Positions 26,425 to 39,110 of a stretch of DNA of 64,000 bases are shown in pieces. The translations under genes were made by a program, and so were the position numbers. The stretch's first letter is position 1. Every line of letters starts with the position of its first letter. The notes under the pieces are model-generated. The model was not told where the DNA came from and searched no databases. It saw nothing but the letters and a program-made list of their open reading frames with translations. The stretch comes from Octopus sinensis. Its lineage: Eukaryota. The stretch covers positions 89,962,001 to 90,026,000 of the forward strand of contig NC_042999.1 of the NCBI RefSeq assembly GCF_006345805.1, read 5' to 3'.

Positions 26425-28641
26425 AAGACTAGCAGAAGCATCAACCAGTTTCAATTCTGAAGATGAATCACTAGTCAAGAACAAAAGTGAACACATCCCA
26501 CACAGAGGAAGAAATAAAGATCTTGATGAATTCTGTAACCACATTGAGAACTTTCCCTACCATACTATGCATAAACAGAAAGTTAACTCAAATTTTAACA
26601 CTACACAATGGAAGGAACTGATAGAACTTCAAAATGATGAGGATATAACAATTAAAGAAGCAGACAAGGGAAATGCAGTTGTAATAATGGATACATCATA
26701 CTATAGAAATCTTGTAATTTCCTTGCTTGATGACGACCTACATTATGAAAAAATTACCAACTACATCCCACAAAAAATAATGAAAACTCTATCTTCACTA
26801 ATTAAAACCCATGAAAAGGAACTAACAACCAAAGAGATTGACTTTCTAACAAACTTTAAATGCAAACCTAGCCTTTTCTATGGTCTGCCAAAAATCCATA
26901 AAAGCCAAATTATAAATGAAACCATTAAAAAATCACCAAAGACATACATACACACACCTAACCCGGGGGACCTAAAACTACGACCCATTGTAGCTGGCCC
27001 AACCTGTGAAACACACAGACTAAGTCTATTTATGGACATCCTCCTGAAACCTTTCCTTAAACATATCGATAGCCATATCAGAGATGACTTAGATATGTTA
27101 AACCACTTCCCAAAAAAAGCCAAGGAAGAAACAATCCTGGTTTCATTTGATGTAGTTAACTTGTATACCAGTATACCTCATAATTATGGACTAGAGGCAA
27201 TACAGTTCTGGCTGGACCAATTTCCGGAAGAAATACCAAAAAGGATCAGTAAAGAATTCATTACTAAATCAATTGAATTCATCCTACATAATAACCACTT
27301 CATGTTTGACAATACATTTTACCGTCAAAAATCCGGAATTGCTATGGGTACAAGGGCAGCACCAGTCATTGCGAACCTAACAATGGGCTACATGGAAATA
27401 ATCATTTACCAGGAATCTTTATCAATCTTTGGAACCCCCCTTTCTCAATACATAAAAGAGAATTGGAAACGATTCTTAGACGATTGTTTCATACTCTGGA
27501 ATGAAAACACAGATAAACTCCTAAAATTTAAAAACCTATTGAACAGCATAAACCCAAATATACAGTTCACAATGGAATACAACCAAAAGGAGCTCCCGTT
27601 CTTGGATATACTAATTTAAAAAATTAACCTTAAAATAGAAACAGACATTTTTTACAAAGCCACAGATGCCAAACAATACCTTCTTTTTAATTCATGCCAC
27701 CCAAGACACACTAAAACAAACATCCCCTTCAACCTTGCAAGAAGGATATGCACAATAGTGTCAGAACAAAATACCAGGAACTTTAGACTGCAAGAACTCA
27801 AAAACACCCTATTGACAGACATTACCCAACTCAACTCATAGAGGATGGGATCAGACGTGCAACAGAAATCAACATAGAAACTTTAAGAAAAGTTCAACAC
27901 AACAACACACCTTCCCCGAAAATACTACCTTACATATCTACATACAACCCCAGAAACAAAGAAGCCTTCACCATCATCACCCAGAATTTACCAATATTTC
28001 ATAAGGACCCCAAATTAAAGGAAATTCTTAACATACACCAAATCATTAAAAGCTACAAACAACCTAAATCACTTAAAAAGATTCTCACAAAGGCAAAATT
28101 GTTTTCTGAAATTACGGATGCAAAAGTAAAAAAATGTGGTAGATCGAACTGTGCAACATGTCCAAACCTGCTAGAAGGATCAGAATTCCTCTTTAAAGAG
28201 GGACAGAAATTCAAGATCAAATCTAACTTTACTTGTGCCTCTGAAAACATAATTTATGTCATAAAATGCTCGGGCTGCCACCAAGACTACGTGGGATCCA
28301 CGGGACTATCACTCAGACGTAGATGCACACTGCATCGACAACAGATTGCATTCCCAGAATACAGAATGATACCTTTTAGTGAGCACATTGAAAAATGCGC
28401 AAAGCAACTACTACCACAATTTTTAATCTTTCCATTTTACCAATGTGCTATCGGATCATCAACACAAATTAGACTAAACAAGGAAACATTCTTCATTGAA
28501 AAGTACAAGCCCAGACTTAACCATGCCAACATACTGATACAGAGAAATTCACACCAAGGGAAAGGAAAAAAATTTTTTTTAATTTTAAGCGATTATCTCC
28601 CTTACACCGGAAGAAATCACTCATTATCTCCCCTTATTTAG
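26425..28641 (+). mobile_element. Penelope-like element: RT plus GIY-YIG endonuclease, disrupted
   Basis: IKEADKGNAVVIMD, FYGLPKIHK, LRPIV, SFDVVNLYTSIP, GIAMGT, RFLDD, LPFLD; stop at 27617 and a frameshift near 27830; then CGRSNCATC..IYVIKCSGCHQDYVGST..RCTLH (Cys-rich linker plus GIY-YIG, Neptune-like). Confidence 0.92.
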
Positions 28642-29197
28642 AACTCTTTTAAACATAAACATAAAGATAACTCTGTTCAAGATAAACATAACGTCGTAAG
28701 AAATTTGAAAAGCTAAACGCGAAACCGATCTTTCTTCAAAACTATGTCATTGTAGGGAAAAAAAAAAAAATTTTAATATTCTTCAGACATATTGACGCAA
28801 ATATATATATTTTTTAACCTTTAAGCCTTCTGTAGTTTTTTCACTTTTTACTATTTTCTATATATTCAACCACGTGCTTTCACAAACCAACTTTCTTATC
28901 TATATATATATATATATATAATATATATATGGAATTTAAAAGTTATTGCCATTAATAGAGTCACCATTGGTGTCGCATCTATATTACATTTAACAGTAAA
29001 AGGGACTCGTCAAACTCAAATGGCTGAAGGCATAAAGCTTCTCTACAACTGGAAGAAGAAATACGTAACTGTCAGTTGGTTTTTAAACAAAAAATAATCG
29101 TCCGTACTGCGAGTGGAATGGAGTTATCTCCCTTGCACCGGCTCCGGCCATGGTGATATTCGAAGGAGTGGTGGCGGGAATATTCAACGAATGGAGC

Positions 29198-29646
29198 ATA
29201 TTTATCATAAGGGCACACGAGGCACCTACCTGCTAGAACGTGGAGTTAAAACCTTCAACTTAACCACCAATGACACTGAAAAATTTTACAGACAACAGTA
29301 GACGGGCGATAGAGTAAACAAATTCAACATACCATCAAAGCTTAATGCTATATAGTTTGGTATTTGGATATACTTGTATCATGATTTCGAGTTTTGGCGA
29401 ACTCGATAAGACTTGCTGACGAGAGTTAAAGAATTTTGCCAAAACTCGAAATCATGATATAAGTATATCCAAATACCAAAACTATAGCATTAAGCTGTGT
29501 TGGTATGGTGATTTTTTTTTACTCGTTTTTTTACTCGTTTACTGTTGTTGTCCGTGAAATTTTTCAGTGTCATTAGTGATTAAGTTGAAGGTTTTAACTG
29601 CACTTTCTAGCAGGTAGGTGCCTCGTGTGTCCTTATGATAAATATG
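29198..29646. repeat. ~450-bp imperfect fold-back repeat with central HHR
   Basis: 29198-29400 is an imperfect reverse complement of ~29435-29646. Confidence 0.8.
29411..29464 (+). ncRNA. Type I hammerhead ribozyme
   Basis: acttg-CTGACGA-gagtt...aactc-GAAA-t catg a-TA-taagt; canonical core, palindromic stem III. Confidence 0.7.
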
Positions 29647-31249
29647 AATTTTAATTCTATAGCTATCTAGCGCTATTTAATGCCTGCAGCCACTTATATT
29701 ATTATTGTTATTATTATCAATTCTCTATATTTTCCACAGATGGTAATAACAATAATAATATCCATATGGATATTCGATTTTGCATATTTACTCCTTACTA
29801 TATATGTATAATAGTTGTATACTGTCAATTTAACGTGACAGTAAGGGATTACACCACCGCTGTTTAGCCCTAGGTAGCATCGAACGCTTCCTGTCGGCTT
29901 CGACACATTTACTGTGTCCTTATATATATTTATGAAGGGGAGACAAATACCCCCAACAGCTAGGCCTGCATCTAGAGACACACATATTTCAGGGTCTTTG
30001 CCCATCATCATATATATGTATCATATGTGATTAAGAATCCCACCTTGCAACTATGTGGTTTGGGGTTCAGTTCCACTGAACCATGAGCAAGTATATTCTC
30101 TTATAACCCCGGCCAGACCAATGCATTATGAGTTAATTTGTAGACGAAAACTAATTGTATACCCGACAAGCTTCCACACAGTTTCCGTCTACCAAGGTGC
30201 TGTGCAGTGGAACTGATCCCTAAACCACGGAGTTGCAAAGTAAGCTTCTTAACCACATAAAAAATATAGAGCTGTATAGAATCGTCCTCGGCATCTTACT
30301 AGTTCTTATTTAATCGAAAAAAGGCTGGTGAAAGCAGAATGAAACGAAAGTGACTAAATACGGCGTAGAAATGTTCTGCTCCCCTACCGATCTGGAATTA
30401 ATCGCGTAGGAAGAGATTGATAATTATTATTACTAATAATGTAGTACAAACGAATCGAAATACTCTCATTTGGCAGAACAATGACTATAATAATAATAAT
30501 GGTTGCTAACATTGGCACATTATCCCAATTATTGTAGGGGAAATGTTTCATTCAATTACATCGACTCTAATACATGAACAGTACATAAATTATTGACCTC
30601 AGAAATACCGGAGTTAAATTTGATGTTGACGAGGAAGGGGCTTATGAGAACGTAATTAAATAACAATAGACTAGTTAGTACTCGGTGTGGAACCTTCCAA
30701 GAAAAGAGTGAATAAAGGACCTCTGGGGAGGGTCTTTCGGAGACTGCTAAGACACCGGGTCACCATTTCTTCAGGAACAAGATAATCAGCTTATCCTGCT
30801 TTTTCTCCGCCTAACATAGAGTACGTTGCTTGGAAACAAAAGTATTTGATAAACGATCATAAGTTACTCTGTACGCTTGTAGTAGACATCAACAAAATCA
30901 TGACCTCCAAGACACATAAACTGTCGTTTCTTGTAGGTTTTACTGCTTGATATATGCCTCGTTCGGTGATCCCTTTTCTTGACAGTGTTTGCTTCGAGAA
31001 AATCTGGATCTTGAGATAACAGCTATCATCATAGATTCAAATGGTCGGCCGATGGTCCCGAAAGAGAACAATAATAAAAATGGTGTCTTCCGACTCTTGG
31101 CCTGATCTGACTCGGCTTGAGTCGAAAGATCAGGCTTCCCGACCCAAAACGAAATGTCTAGTATGATCCATTGAATAGACTTAGTGAAAGACTAGAATAG
31201 TACCTTAGATTCATATTAAAATTGGTTGAAAGTAAAGAAAAGAAGAAAA

Positions 31250-31990
31250 CTTTGAAGTAGGTTAACAGATGTGTGCAAATCTGGAAAGGTGGAAGTAGTC
31301 CCATGATGTCAATATGCACATGTTGGAATTATGCGTCAGGTGTAGCAAAAGTATCAAATGGTGACTTGACATGGTGTATTTTAGCTTTTTGACATGCGAT
31401 ACAACTACTGGGCCATTTCAAGATGTCCTCGTTGATACCAGCCCGTACAAAACAGGACGACATAAGCTACTGTGTGGATCGGATACCAAGATGCGATAAA
31501 CAGTGCAAAGCGGGAAAAAAATACCTGACATCAATGCTTTTGTGGTACATGCGGCGAGCTGGCAGAAACGTTAGCACGCCGGGCGAAATGCGTAGCCGTA
31601 TTTCGTCTGCCGTTGGGTTCTGAGTTCAAATTCCGCCAAGGCCGACTTGGCCTTTCATCCTTTCGGGGTCGATAAATTAAGTACCAGTTACGCACTGGGG
31701 TTGATGTAATCGACTTAGTCCGTTTGTCCTTGTTTGTCCTCTCTGTGTTTAGCCCCTTGTGGGTAGTAAAGAAATAGGTACATGCGGGCGTTCATAACAG
31801 ATACAATCGTTACTCTAAAGAGAAGGAATCGAAAACTCTCAAGCATGAATTGAAAATGCTTGAGAGTTAAATATGCTGCCAATAATTCCTGTCCGAAAGT
31901 GTTGTATTTAGATTGCAGTCGCTAACTGCTATACAACACATCTGACTGCAGACCAGTAGGATGCGTGTCGAATCATGTCGGACTCATTAG
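31250..31990 (-). pseudogene. Decayed Gypsy integrase region interrupted by a SINE
   Basis: Minus-strand LSHPGIRSTQ..CIACQK..FQHVHIDIMGLLP..THLLT. Confidence 0.65.
31553..31776 (+). mobile_element. tRNA-derived SINE, full length
   Basis: A-box-like 'tggcagaaacgttag', B-box 'gagttcaaattcc'; TSD ggtacatgcgg (31544-31554 / 31777-31787). Confidence 0.85.
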
Positions 31991-32593
31991 ATATAACATG
32001 TAAGATGTAACAAAATGGAGATATATATTTCTTTACTACACACTAGGGGCTGTAACGTGAAAGGATCTATCATCGAAACACTGGCAGGGTGTCGAGATCC
32101 TTTCTAGTCACATACAAAAATTCTTGTAGAAAACAAACAGACGAAACTCAGGTTAAAGGTGAACAGACAACTTGGTTTATTGATTCATGGTTGTACGTTG
32201 TCTGATGGGGGAATAGACAGCCTCTGATATACTGCTGGTGTTGGTCGTTGAGGTTGGTTGAAGTTGGTTGAAGTTGGTGTGTGGCTGTCAGAGCCAGGAA
32301 AACCGTGACCGATCGCAGTGCTGTCTAGAGCCGAAGAGAGAGATTTGAGGTTCGCGGGCTCGAGAGATGTTTTCCCGCACATGCGCATGGGGAAGACTTC
32401 CGGTGGCCACCCGGAAGTAGTCCCATTCTGCGCATGCGCGCCGAACCCTACACTGTAGCATCACTACAGGGCTCCCCTCCGAGTGCGAAGTACGGCAACC
32501 AGAATATTGTGGTGGTGCTGCAGAAAACAGAAGGCTTGCCGATCCCCCAGAAGACTTGGTACATACTATTATACAATAAGAAACATTTTAAAG

Positions 32594-35500
32594 TTAAATG
32601 TAAATTGTTTTTGAAAGTTTCTTGGGCCAATGCACTGTTCTGCCCGATTTTGTAACATACGGTGTGCTCGGGGCACCCGTTGACGGCGAGGGTGGTGTTG
32701 TAGGAGCCGGTGAAATTGTTTGTGCAGGTGAAGGCGTTTGTGCAGGTGAAGGCGTTTGTGCAGGTGAAGGCGTTTGTGCAGGTGAAAGTGTTAAAGGTGC
32801 ATAGGTGGGTGTGTCAAGGTTGTCATCAAAAGATGAAGACGTCTCAAAATGTGCCTTTTTTAAACGGTCCACGGAAACGGTCTCCGAACGACCATTTATC
32901 TCAATCGTGAAAACCTTTGGTGTGCGAGAAAGCACACGAAAAGGTCCTTTATAGGGAGAAACAAGTGGGCCCTTCACAGAATCGTCCCGAACAAAAACAT
33001 GCGACCAGGTGTTCATATCCGGTGGAAGATGGGACGGTGGAGATTGCTTTCTGGGAAGCATGGGCGGAAGGTTTGAAAAATATTCCCGCAGTCTGGTGAC
33101 ATAGGTCGCCGGATCATGGGGCGGGGAAGTGTCTGGCACCAACATCGTACCGGGCAATGCCAGTGTGGTACCATACAGCAGCTCTGCAGCAGAAAACCCC
33201 AGGTCTGCCTTGACAGCAGTCCGACAGCCGAGAAGCACAATGGGCAGAATTCGATCCAGGACTGTGGGTCCGAAGAGGCACGAAGAGCGGCCTTGAGCTG
33301 TCTATGGAACCGCTCAACCAATCCATTAGACGCTGGATGGTAGCTTGTGGTGTGGATATGGTGCATACCCAAAATTCGCGACAATTCGCGAAATAGCGAG
33401 GCCTCAAACTGTCGTCCACGATCAGTTGTCAATCGGGACGGGACTCCGAAGCGAGAAATCCAGTTTGAAACGAAAGCTCGCGCAACAGTCTCAGCAGAAA
33501 TGTCTGCTATCGGAATGGCTTCTGGCCAGCGGGAGAAACGATCGACACAAGTTAATAGATAAGAGAACCCGCGACTCACAGGCCATGGTCCAACCAGATC
33601 GATGTGGACATGGCGAAAACGGGCCTCCGTGGGGGAAAATTGTCCAAGCGGGGCACGAACGTGCCGTTGAATCTTGGATCGTTGACACTTGGAGCAGGTG
33701 CGTGTCCAACAAGTAATTGTGCGACGCATATTCGGCCAGAAAAACCGAGCAGTGATTAGTTTGAGGGTGGCAGCGATGCCAGGATGTGATAAGGAGTGCA
33801 GTGCTTCAAACACTGAGCGTTGATGGGTCTCAGGCACCAGTGGCCTGGGAGATCCAGTTGAAGTGTCACAAAGAATGGTGCCTTCGGCTGACGGAAGCGG
33901 AAGGTAGGAAAACTGGCAACAGGAGAACTTGGGAGAAGTTAAATCTAACGACGCCAAAGGTGGCTGCTCCTGCGATATGGCAGCTAAGTCGATAGTAGCA
34001 GGAGACGAAAGGGCGCAAACTGGAAGGCGAGAGAGAGCGTCAGCAGGAACGTTCTCTTTTCCAGGTATGTGTCGAATGTTGCTAGTAAATTGAGAGATAA
34101 AATCCAGGTGCCGAAAAGCACGGGGTGAGAGTTTGTCCGTTTTTGAAAACAGGGCAAACGTAAGGGGCTTGTGATCCGTATAGATCACAAAATCTCGCCC
34201 TTCAAGTTGATGCTGGAAATGACGAACCGATAGATAGATCGCTAGGAGCTCACGATCAAAGGTGCTGTATCGTCGTTCAGCTGGTTGCAGTTGACGGGAA
34301 AAGAAGGCTAGAGGTCGAACATGGTCATCCACTGTGTGTTGTAACACAGCGCCAATCGCAGTGTCCGATGCGTCCACAGTCAAAGAGAGAGAAGCACCAG
34401 GAACTGGATGTGCAAGCAAAGAAACAGAAGCCAGCTCCTTCTTAATGGACTCAAAGGCTGTCACTGCCTCAACAGAGAGGGTGACTTGACTGTCCTTTCT
34501 AGGAGAGTCCTTTAACAGCCTGGTGAGAGGTAGCAGCTTATCTGCACAACCGGGAATGAAGCGTCGGTAGAAATTGACCATCCCTAGATAATGCCTGAGC
34601 TGGCGCAAGGAAGTGGGGGGTGCGATGCGTTGAATGGCATCGACTTTTGACGAGAGGGGGCTGATTCCAGTCGAATCAATATGATGCCCTAGAAAATCTA
34701 GGGAAGAGCGTCCGAAAACACACTTGTCGGGGTTTATGCGTATGCTATACGCGCGAAGACGCTGGAAGAGTTGAGAAAGGTGCCGGAGATGATTTTCTCG
34801 TGTGTCGCTCGCAATGAGTATGTCATCGACATAGGCAAACACAAAATCAAGACCGCGGACAACCTCATCAATGAAACGCTGGAAGGTGCTAGTAGCATTC
34901 CGCAAACCGAAACTCATGTACAAAAACTCAAAACACCCAAACGGGGTAGTGATTGCAGTTTTTGGAACGTCGGCTGGGTTGACCGGTATTTGGTGGTAAG
35001 CGCGTATCAGATCGACCTTCGAAAAAATGGTACAACCATGGAGATTTGCTGTAAAGTCCCGGAGATTTCTAATCGGATAGCGATCGGCTATTGTGACGGC
35101 ATTGAGGCGTCGATAGTCTCCAACCGGGCGAAAATCAGACTCGCCCTTTCGCGCCAAATGAAGGGGAGATGCCCATGGGCTGGTGGAGGGGCGTATAAGG
35201 CCAAGTTGAAGCATGTGCTCAAACTCGGCTCTGGCCGTTTTTAGTCGGTCTGGCGCTAGGCGCCGGGGGCGTGAGAATACAGGTGGCCCATTGGTGGTGA
35301 TGAAATGGAGGGTCGAGTGGGTAGGATTTTCCGGTTTAAAGGCAATGTCCACTAGCTCCGGAAATGAAACCAAAAGAGAGTGAAATGGGTCTCCAGAGGT
35401 GGCAACAAAGAATGTCGGGCTAAGGACCGCAGTGGTGGAACTCCCAGTCGGTGTAGAGAGCGACGTCGTGCTATCAAGAAGCCTCCGACGCCTGACATCC

Positions 35501-35840
35501 ACCAATAGGTTAAACCTATCCAGGAAATCAGCGCCGAGAATAGGATGTGGGATATCAGCGATGACGAAAACCCATCGAAAATCTCGACGAAGGTTGAGGT
35601 TGAGGCGCAGCGAAACCTGACCGTAAGTGGTTATGGGAGACGAGTCAATAGCATGCAAGACAATCGAAGAGCGCTTGGGCTTGTCTGCAGCCAGACGAAG
35701 GGGCCAGATGCTGCAACAGGAGCCGGTGTCTACCATGAAGAATGTCTTCGACACCAGATCTTTTACATAGAATGCACGATGTTTGGGAAACGAGATGGAA
35801 GAAGGTGACGTGCTCACCTCCTCCGGATTTAGTTTTCCGA
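32594..35840 (-). CDS. pol: Gypsy pol (PR-RT-RNaseH-IN), 1-nt frameshift near 33245
   Basis: VDTGS protease, YVDD RT, DASD/ELLAI/TDHKPL RNase H, HSLSH..CSKC, HIDLVGP/TDRGRQF/GLVERFH integrase, YKGPF module. Confidence 0.93.
32712..32787. repeat. 18-bp tandem repeat x4 encoding (TPSPAQ)n in the integrase tail
   Basis: 'tttgtgcaggtgaaggcg' repeated. Confidence 0.9.
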
Positions 35841-36565
35841 GGGCTTGAAAGTGCACGGCTGGGTACACCGATCTGCCTTTTCGGCATATCTCGAATGGTA
35901 CCAGCACCAGCCGGAACGAGAAACAGAGTCACTCCGACTGCGGGAAATAGAGCTACTGCGACTACGAGATTGGCGTCCGATCGCACGGCACAGATCATCG
36001 ATCCTCCGCGTAAGCGCGTCGATGTTCTCGGCCAGTTTATCGTTCGTCGGAGGGGTCGGGGGGGCTCTGTGCATGCGTACAGGCCCCGCGAGGGAGATGG
36101 GCGCGAAAACTCCAACACTTTGTCGGCCATCGTGGCGATCTGGTCCACAGACACAGCATCCAGTGCCGTGGCCAACATTGTCTGCACGTGGGCAGGCAGC
36201 CTTGAGAAAAATATCTTGCGTAAGAGCGGCGCGTCAGCGGCGTTGCCGCTTAGCTCTCTTAGATGGCGCAGAAATTGGGATGGAGTTCTGTCCCCTAACT
36301 GCTCGTCGGCCATCAGTTCATTAAATTGACATTCCTCTGAGCGCGTGTTGCGACGGAGGATCTCCGCCTTTACTGACGCATATGTGGCGTCAGGATGGGG
36401 ACTCACAATGAGATCCCTGACCGATGTTGCGAGCCGGGAGGGCAAACTTGAAAACAGTAGATGTAACTGCTGTTGTGGCGGAATGGTATGCGCGGCAAAG
36501 TGTGACTCCACCTGTGCAAACCACAGCCCCGCATCCCCCGTAAATGAAGGCAAACCTGAAGCCAT
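35829..36565 (-). CDS. gag: Gypsy gag (1-nt frameshift in a C-run near 36060)
   Basis: [38 protein letters not shown]; continues in the next frame to [17 protein letters not shown]. Confidence 0.85.
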
Positions 36566-38759
36566 GCCTTTGTCGGAAGGAGTCTGTGAGAAGGGGGCAG
36601 AAGGTATGGTCGAGAAACGGAGAGAGAACACGTGGAACCGAGAAGGCAATTGAAAATTGTGTTTGTGTGTGCACCTCGTGGGTAGCAAAAAAAAAAAAAA
36701 ATAAGTGTGTACAAGGAAAACAAAATACAGAAAAGGAAAAAAAAATGAATGTGTGTGTGTTTTCTTTTTTCTTTCTTTTTTTTTTTTTGTACTGTGTGCG
36801 GTGAATAAGGTTATTTGACCCACCTCGCCGTGCTGAAAAGGAGAAAATAGGAAAATAAATGTGAATTTCCGCGCTCTTCGGCCCCAAAAAAAACCTGTTC
36901 GCTGTGTCTTCTTCTATCCTGTTCTTTTTTTCAACTAGGGGTCACCAATTGTAACGTGAAAGGATCTATCATCGAAACACTGGCAGGGTGTCGAGATCCT
37001 TTCTAGTCACATACAAAAATTCTTGTAGAAAACAAACAGACGAAACTCAGGTTAAAGGTGAACAGACAACTTGGTTTATTGATTCATGGTTGTACGTTGT
37101 CTGATGGGGGAATAGACAGCCTCTGATATACTGCTGGTGTTGGTCGTTGAGGTTGGTTGAAGTTGGTTGAAGTTGGTGTGTGGCTGTCAGAGCCAGGAAA
37201 ACCGTGACCGATCGCAGTGCTGTCTAGAGCCGAAGAGAGAGATTTGAGGTTCGCGGGCTCGAGAGATGTTTTCCCGCACATGCGCATGGGGAAGACTTCC
37301 GGTGGCCACCCGGAAGTAGTCCCATTCTGCGCATGCGCGCCGAACCCTACACTGTAGCATCACTACAGGGCTAAACACAGAGGGGACAAACAAGGACAGA
37401 CAAAGGATTAAGTCGATTACATCGATCCCAGTGCGCAACTGGTACTTCGACCCCGAAAGGATGAAAGGCAAAGTCGACCTCGGCGGAATTTGAACTCAGA
37501 ACGTAACGGCAGACGAAATACAGCTACGCATTTCGCCCAGCGTGCTAACGTTTCTGCCAGCTCGCCGCCTTAATGTAACAAAATGGAGATATAACGAGTT
37601 TCTGGATGTATTAAAATGAATTGACGAAAGCTAGTCTATACTTATGACAGATTTTATTCAAATGCTACGTAATTACACAACAGAGACCAGTTCGAGGCAA
37701 ACCCAGATATTTGTATTGTGATTCGTCGTCTATTTCCTTAGAAAATCTCTTGTCCAGTTCTTATAGGTGTCTACCACTTAGTGGAAAGAGGATGGTAATG
37801 GGTTCGCTCGAAAGAAGTTTGTCAGTGTGTGTATGTGTGTATGTGTGTGTGTGTGTGCATGCGTGCGTACGTGTGTGACCGTGTGTGTGTATGTGTATTG
37901 CGTATGTGCAGGTGCGTGCATGTGTGAAAACTAAGTCTCGGCGAAGTTGTTAAAAATGACAGAAGTAAATTGTATGAAAATTACTGAAGGAGCTGTTTGA
38001 AAATCACTGAAGGAACTGTCTGTTTTTTTACAGGTGTTGCGAATATATACCTGTGTTACTGGAAAAAGAATTGGATGGACCTGTCTAGATTCCCCACGGT
38101 TTAACATAAGATGATGGCGAATTTGATAAGTTAAACAAATGGGGGTATCTAGTTTGTTTCATTTACAGAAGCAGCCCTCTTTAATTTTGCTCAGATTGTT
38201 TTCAAATTTGGTGTATTGATGCAATTCTGAATGGTGATTACGCTTAGCTAATTACGTTATCTCGTAAATTAAAGAATCTGATGTTATTTGGAATTAAGAC
38301 TCGGAAAATTTGGGTAATTTTAGGCAATCAACAGACATCAGGCCATTAACAGCTAGTTACCATGACAACTGCACGTTGTGCTGATTCTTCACACTACGAG
38401 ATTCACTTCACCTGCACCTTACTTCACCTGCACATTTTGTTTGTGCATGTCACTGTTTTTTTTTTCAGAACAATTTATATTTATCAATTAGAATTTTATT
38501 GTAGATATTTTTCGTCAATTGTCTTAATATTTTACATATTTTTCATATATTTTTCATTTATATTTTACGTATATTTCGTGAAGTTTTTCTGTGTTTACTT
38601 TTTCTGTCTTTACTGTTGCTTCGAATTGTCGCATCCACATTCAAGCCATTTAGTTGTACCACTCTGAAGGAGATTTTGAAAACAGAATGAAAGAACACTT
38701 GATGGAGCATCCATTTCAATGGTAAACATATTGACGGAAATGAATATCAAGCGGTTGTC

Positions 38760-39110
38760 ATCAAGAATGAAACAAGTGAAATCAAGCTGGCTGCTCTGAA
38801 GCTGTATGATGGTAAGGCTGAGACCATTGTGGAAGGATTGAAAAGCGTCTTGGACAAACTTCACTTGTGGAGCACAATCTCAATGATTATTGCTGATATG
38901 AGTGTGAATACAGGATGAAAGAGTAGGGTAGTGATTAGACTGTAGAGAATGTTCTTGAGCAAAGGCTATGACAAGCCACAATTCATGAGCTGCCAACACC
39001 ATGTCTTGGACAGAATCCTACACATTGTTATGGATGAGGAGCTAGCAGGCACAGGCAATTCACTCAATATCGAACATTTTCTTGTCAAAGAACTCATAAT
39101 AGTTATGGAT
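38760..39110 (+). pseudogene. DDE transposase fragment with CxxH motif (hAT-related group)
   Basis: EIKLAALKLYDGKAETIVEGLKSVLDK..MIIADMSVNTG*..FMSCQHHVLDRIL; in-frame stops. Confidence 0.55.

Larger units (their letters stand above)
32051..37367 (-). mobile_element. Full-length Ty3/Gypsy LTR retrotransposon
   Basis: 418-bp LTRs at 32051-32468 and 36950-37367 (TGT..ACA, identical by eye). 4-bp TSD GGGC. PBS TGGTGACCCC (tRNA-Trp type) at ~36938-36947. PPT GGAGGGGAG at ~32472-32480. Confidence 0.97.
32026..37572 (-). mobile_element. Same SINE family, split by the Gypsy insertion (parts 32026-32050 and 37368-37572)
   Basis: The joined halves match the reverse complement of 31553-31776. 21-bp TSD atgtaacaaaatggagatata at 32005-32025 and 37573-37593. 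Confidence 0.85.

Noticed and set aside
28698-28736. HHR-like remnant after the Penelope EN (aagaaa..TTGAAAA-gc taaac gc-GAAA-ccga-TC-tttctt)
   Set aside because: The position fits a pLTR ribozyme, but several core bases deviate; probably decayed, so not called.
32712-32787. Short direct repeats resembling an array
   Set aside because: No spacers; an in-frame Pro/Ser/Thr repeat of pol, not CRISPR.
34771-36324. Plus-strand ORFs of 150-195 aa
   Set aside because: Antisense shadows of GC-richer gag/pol.
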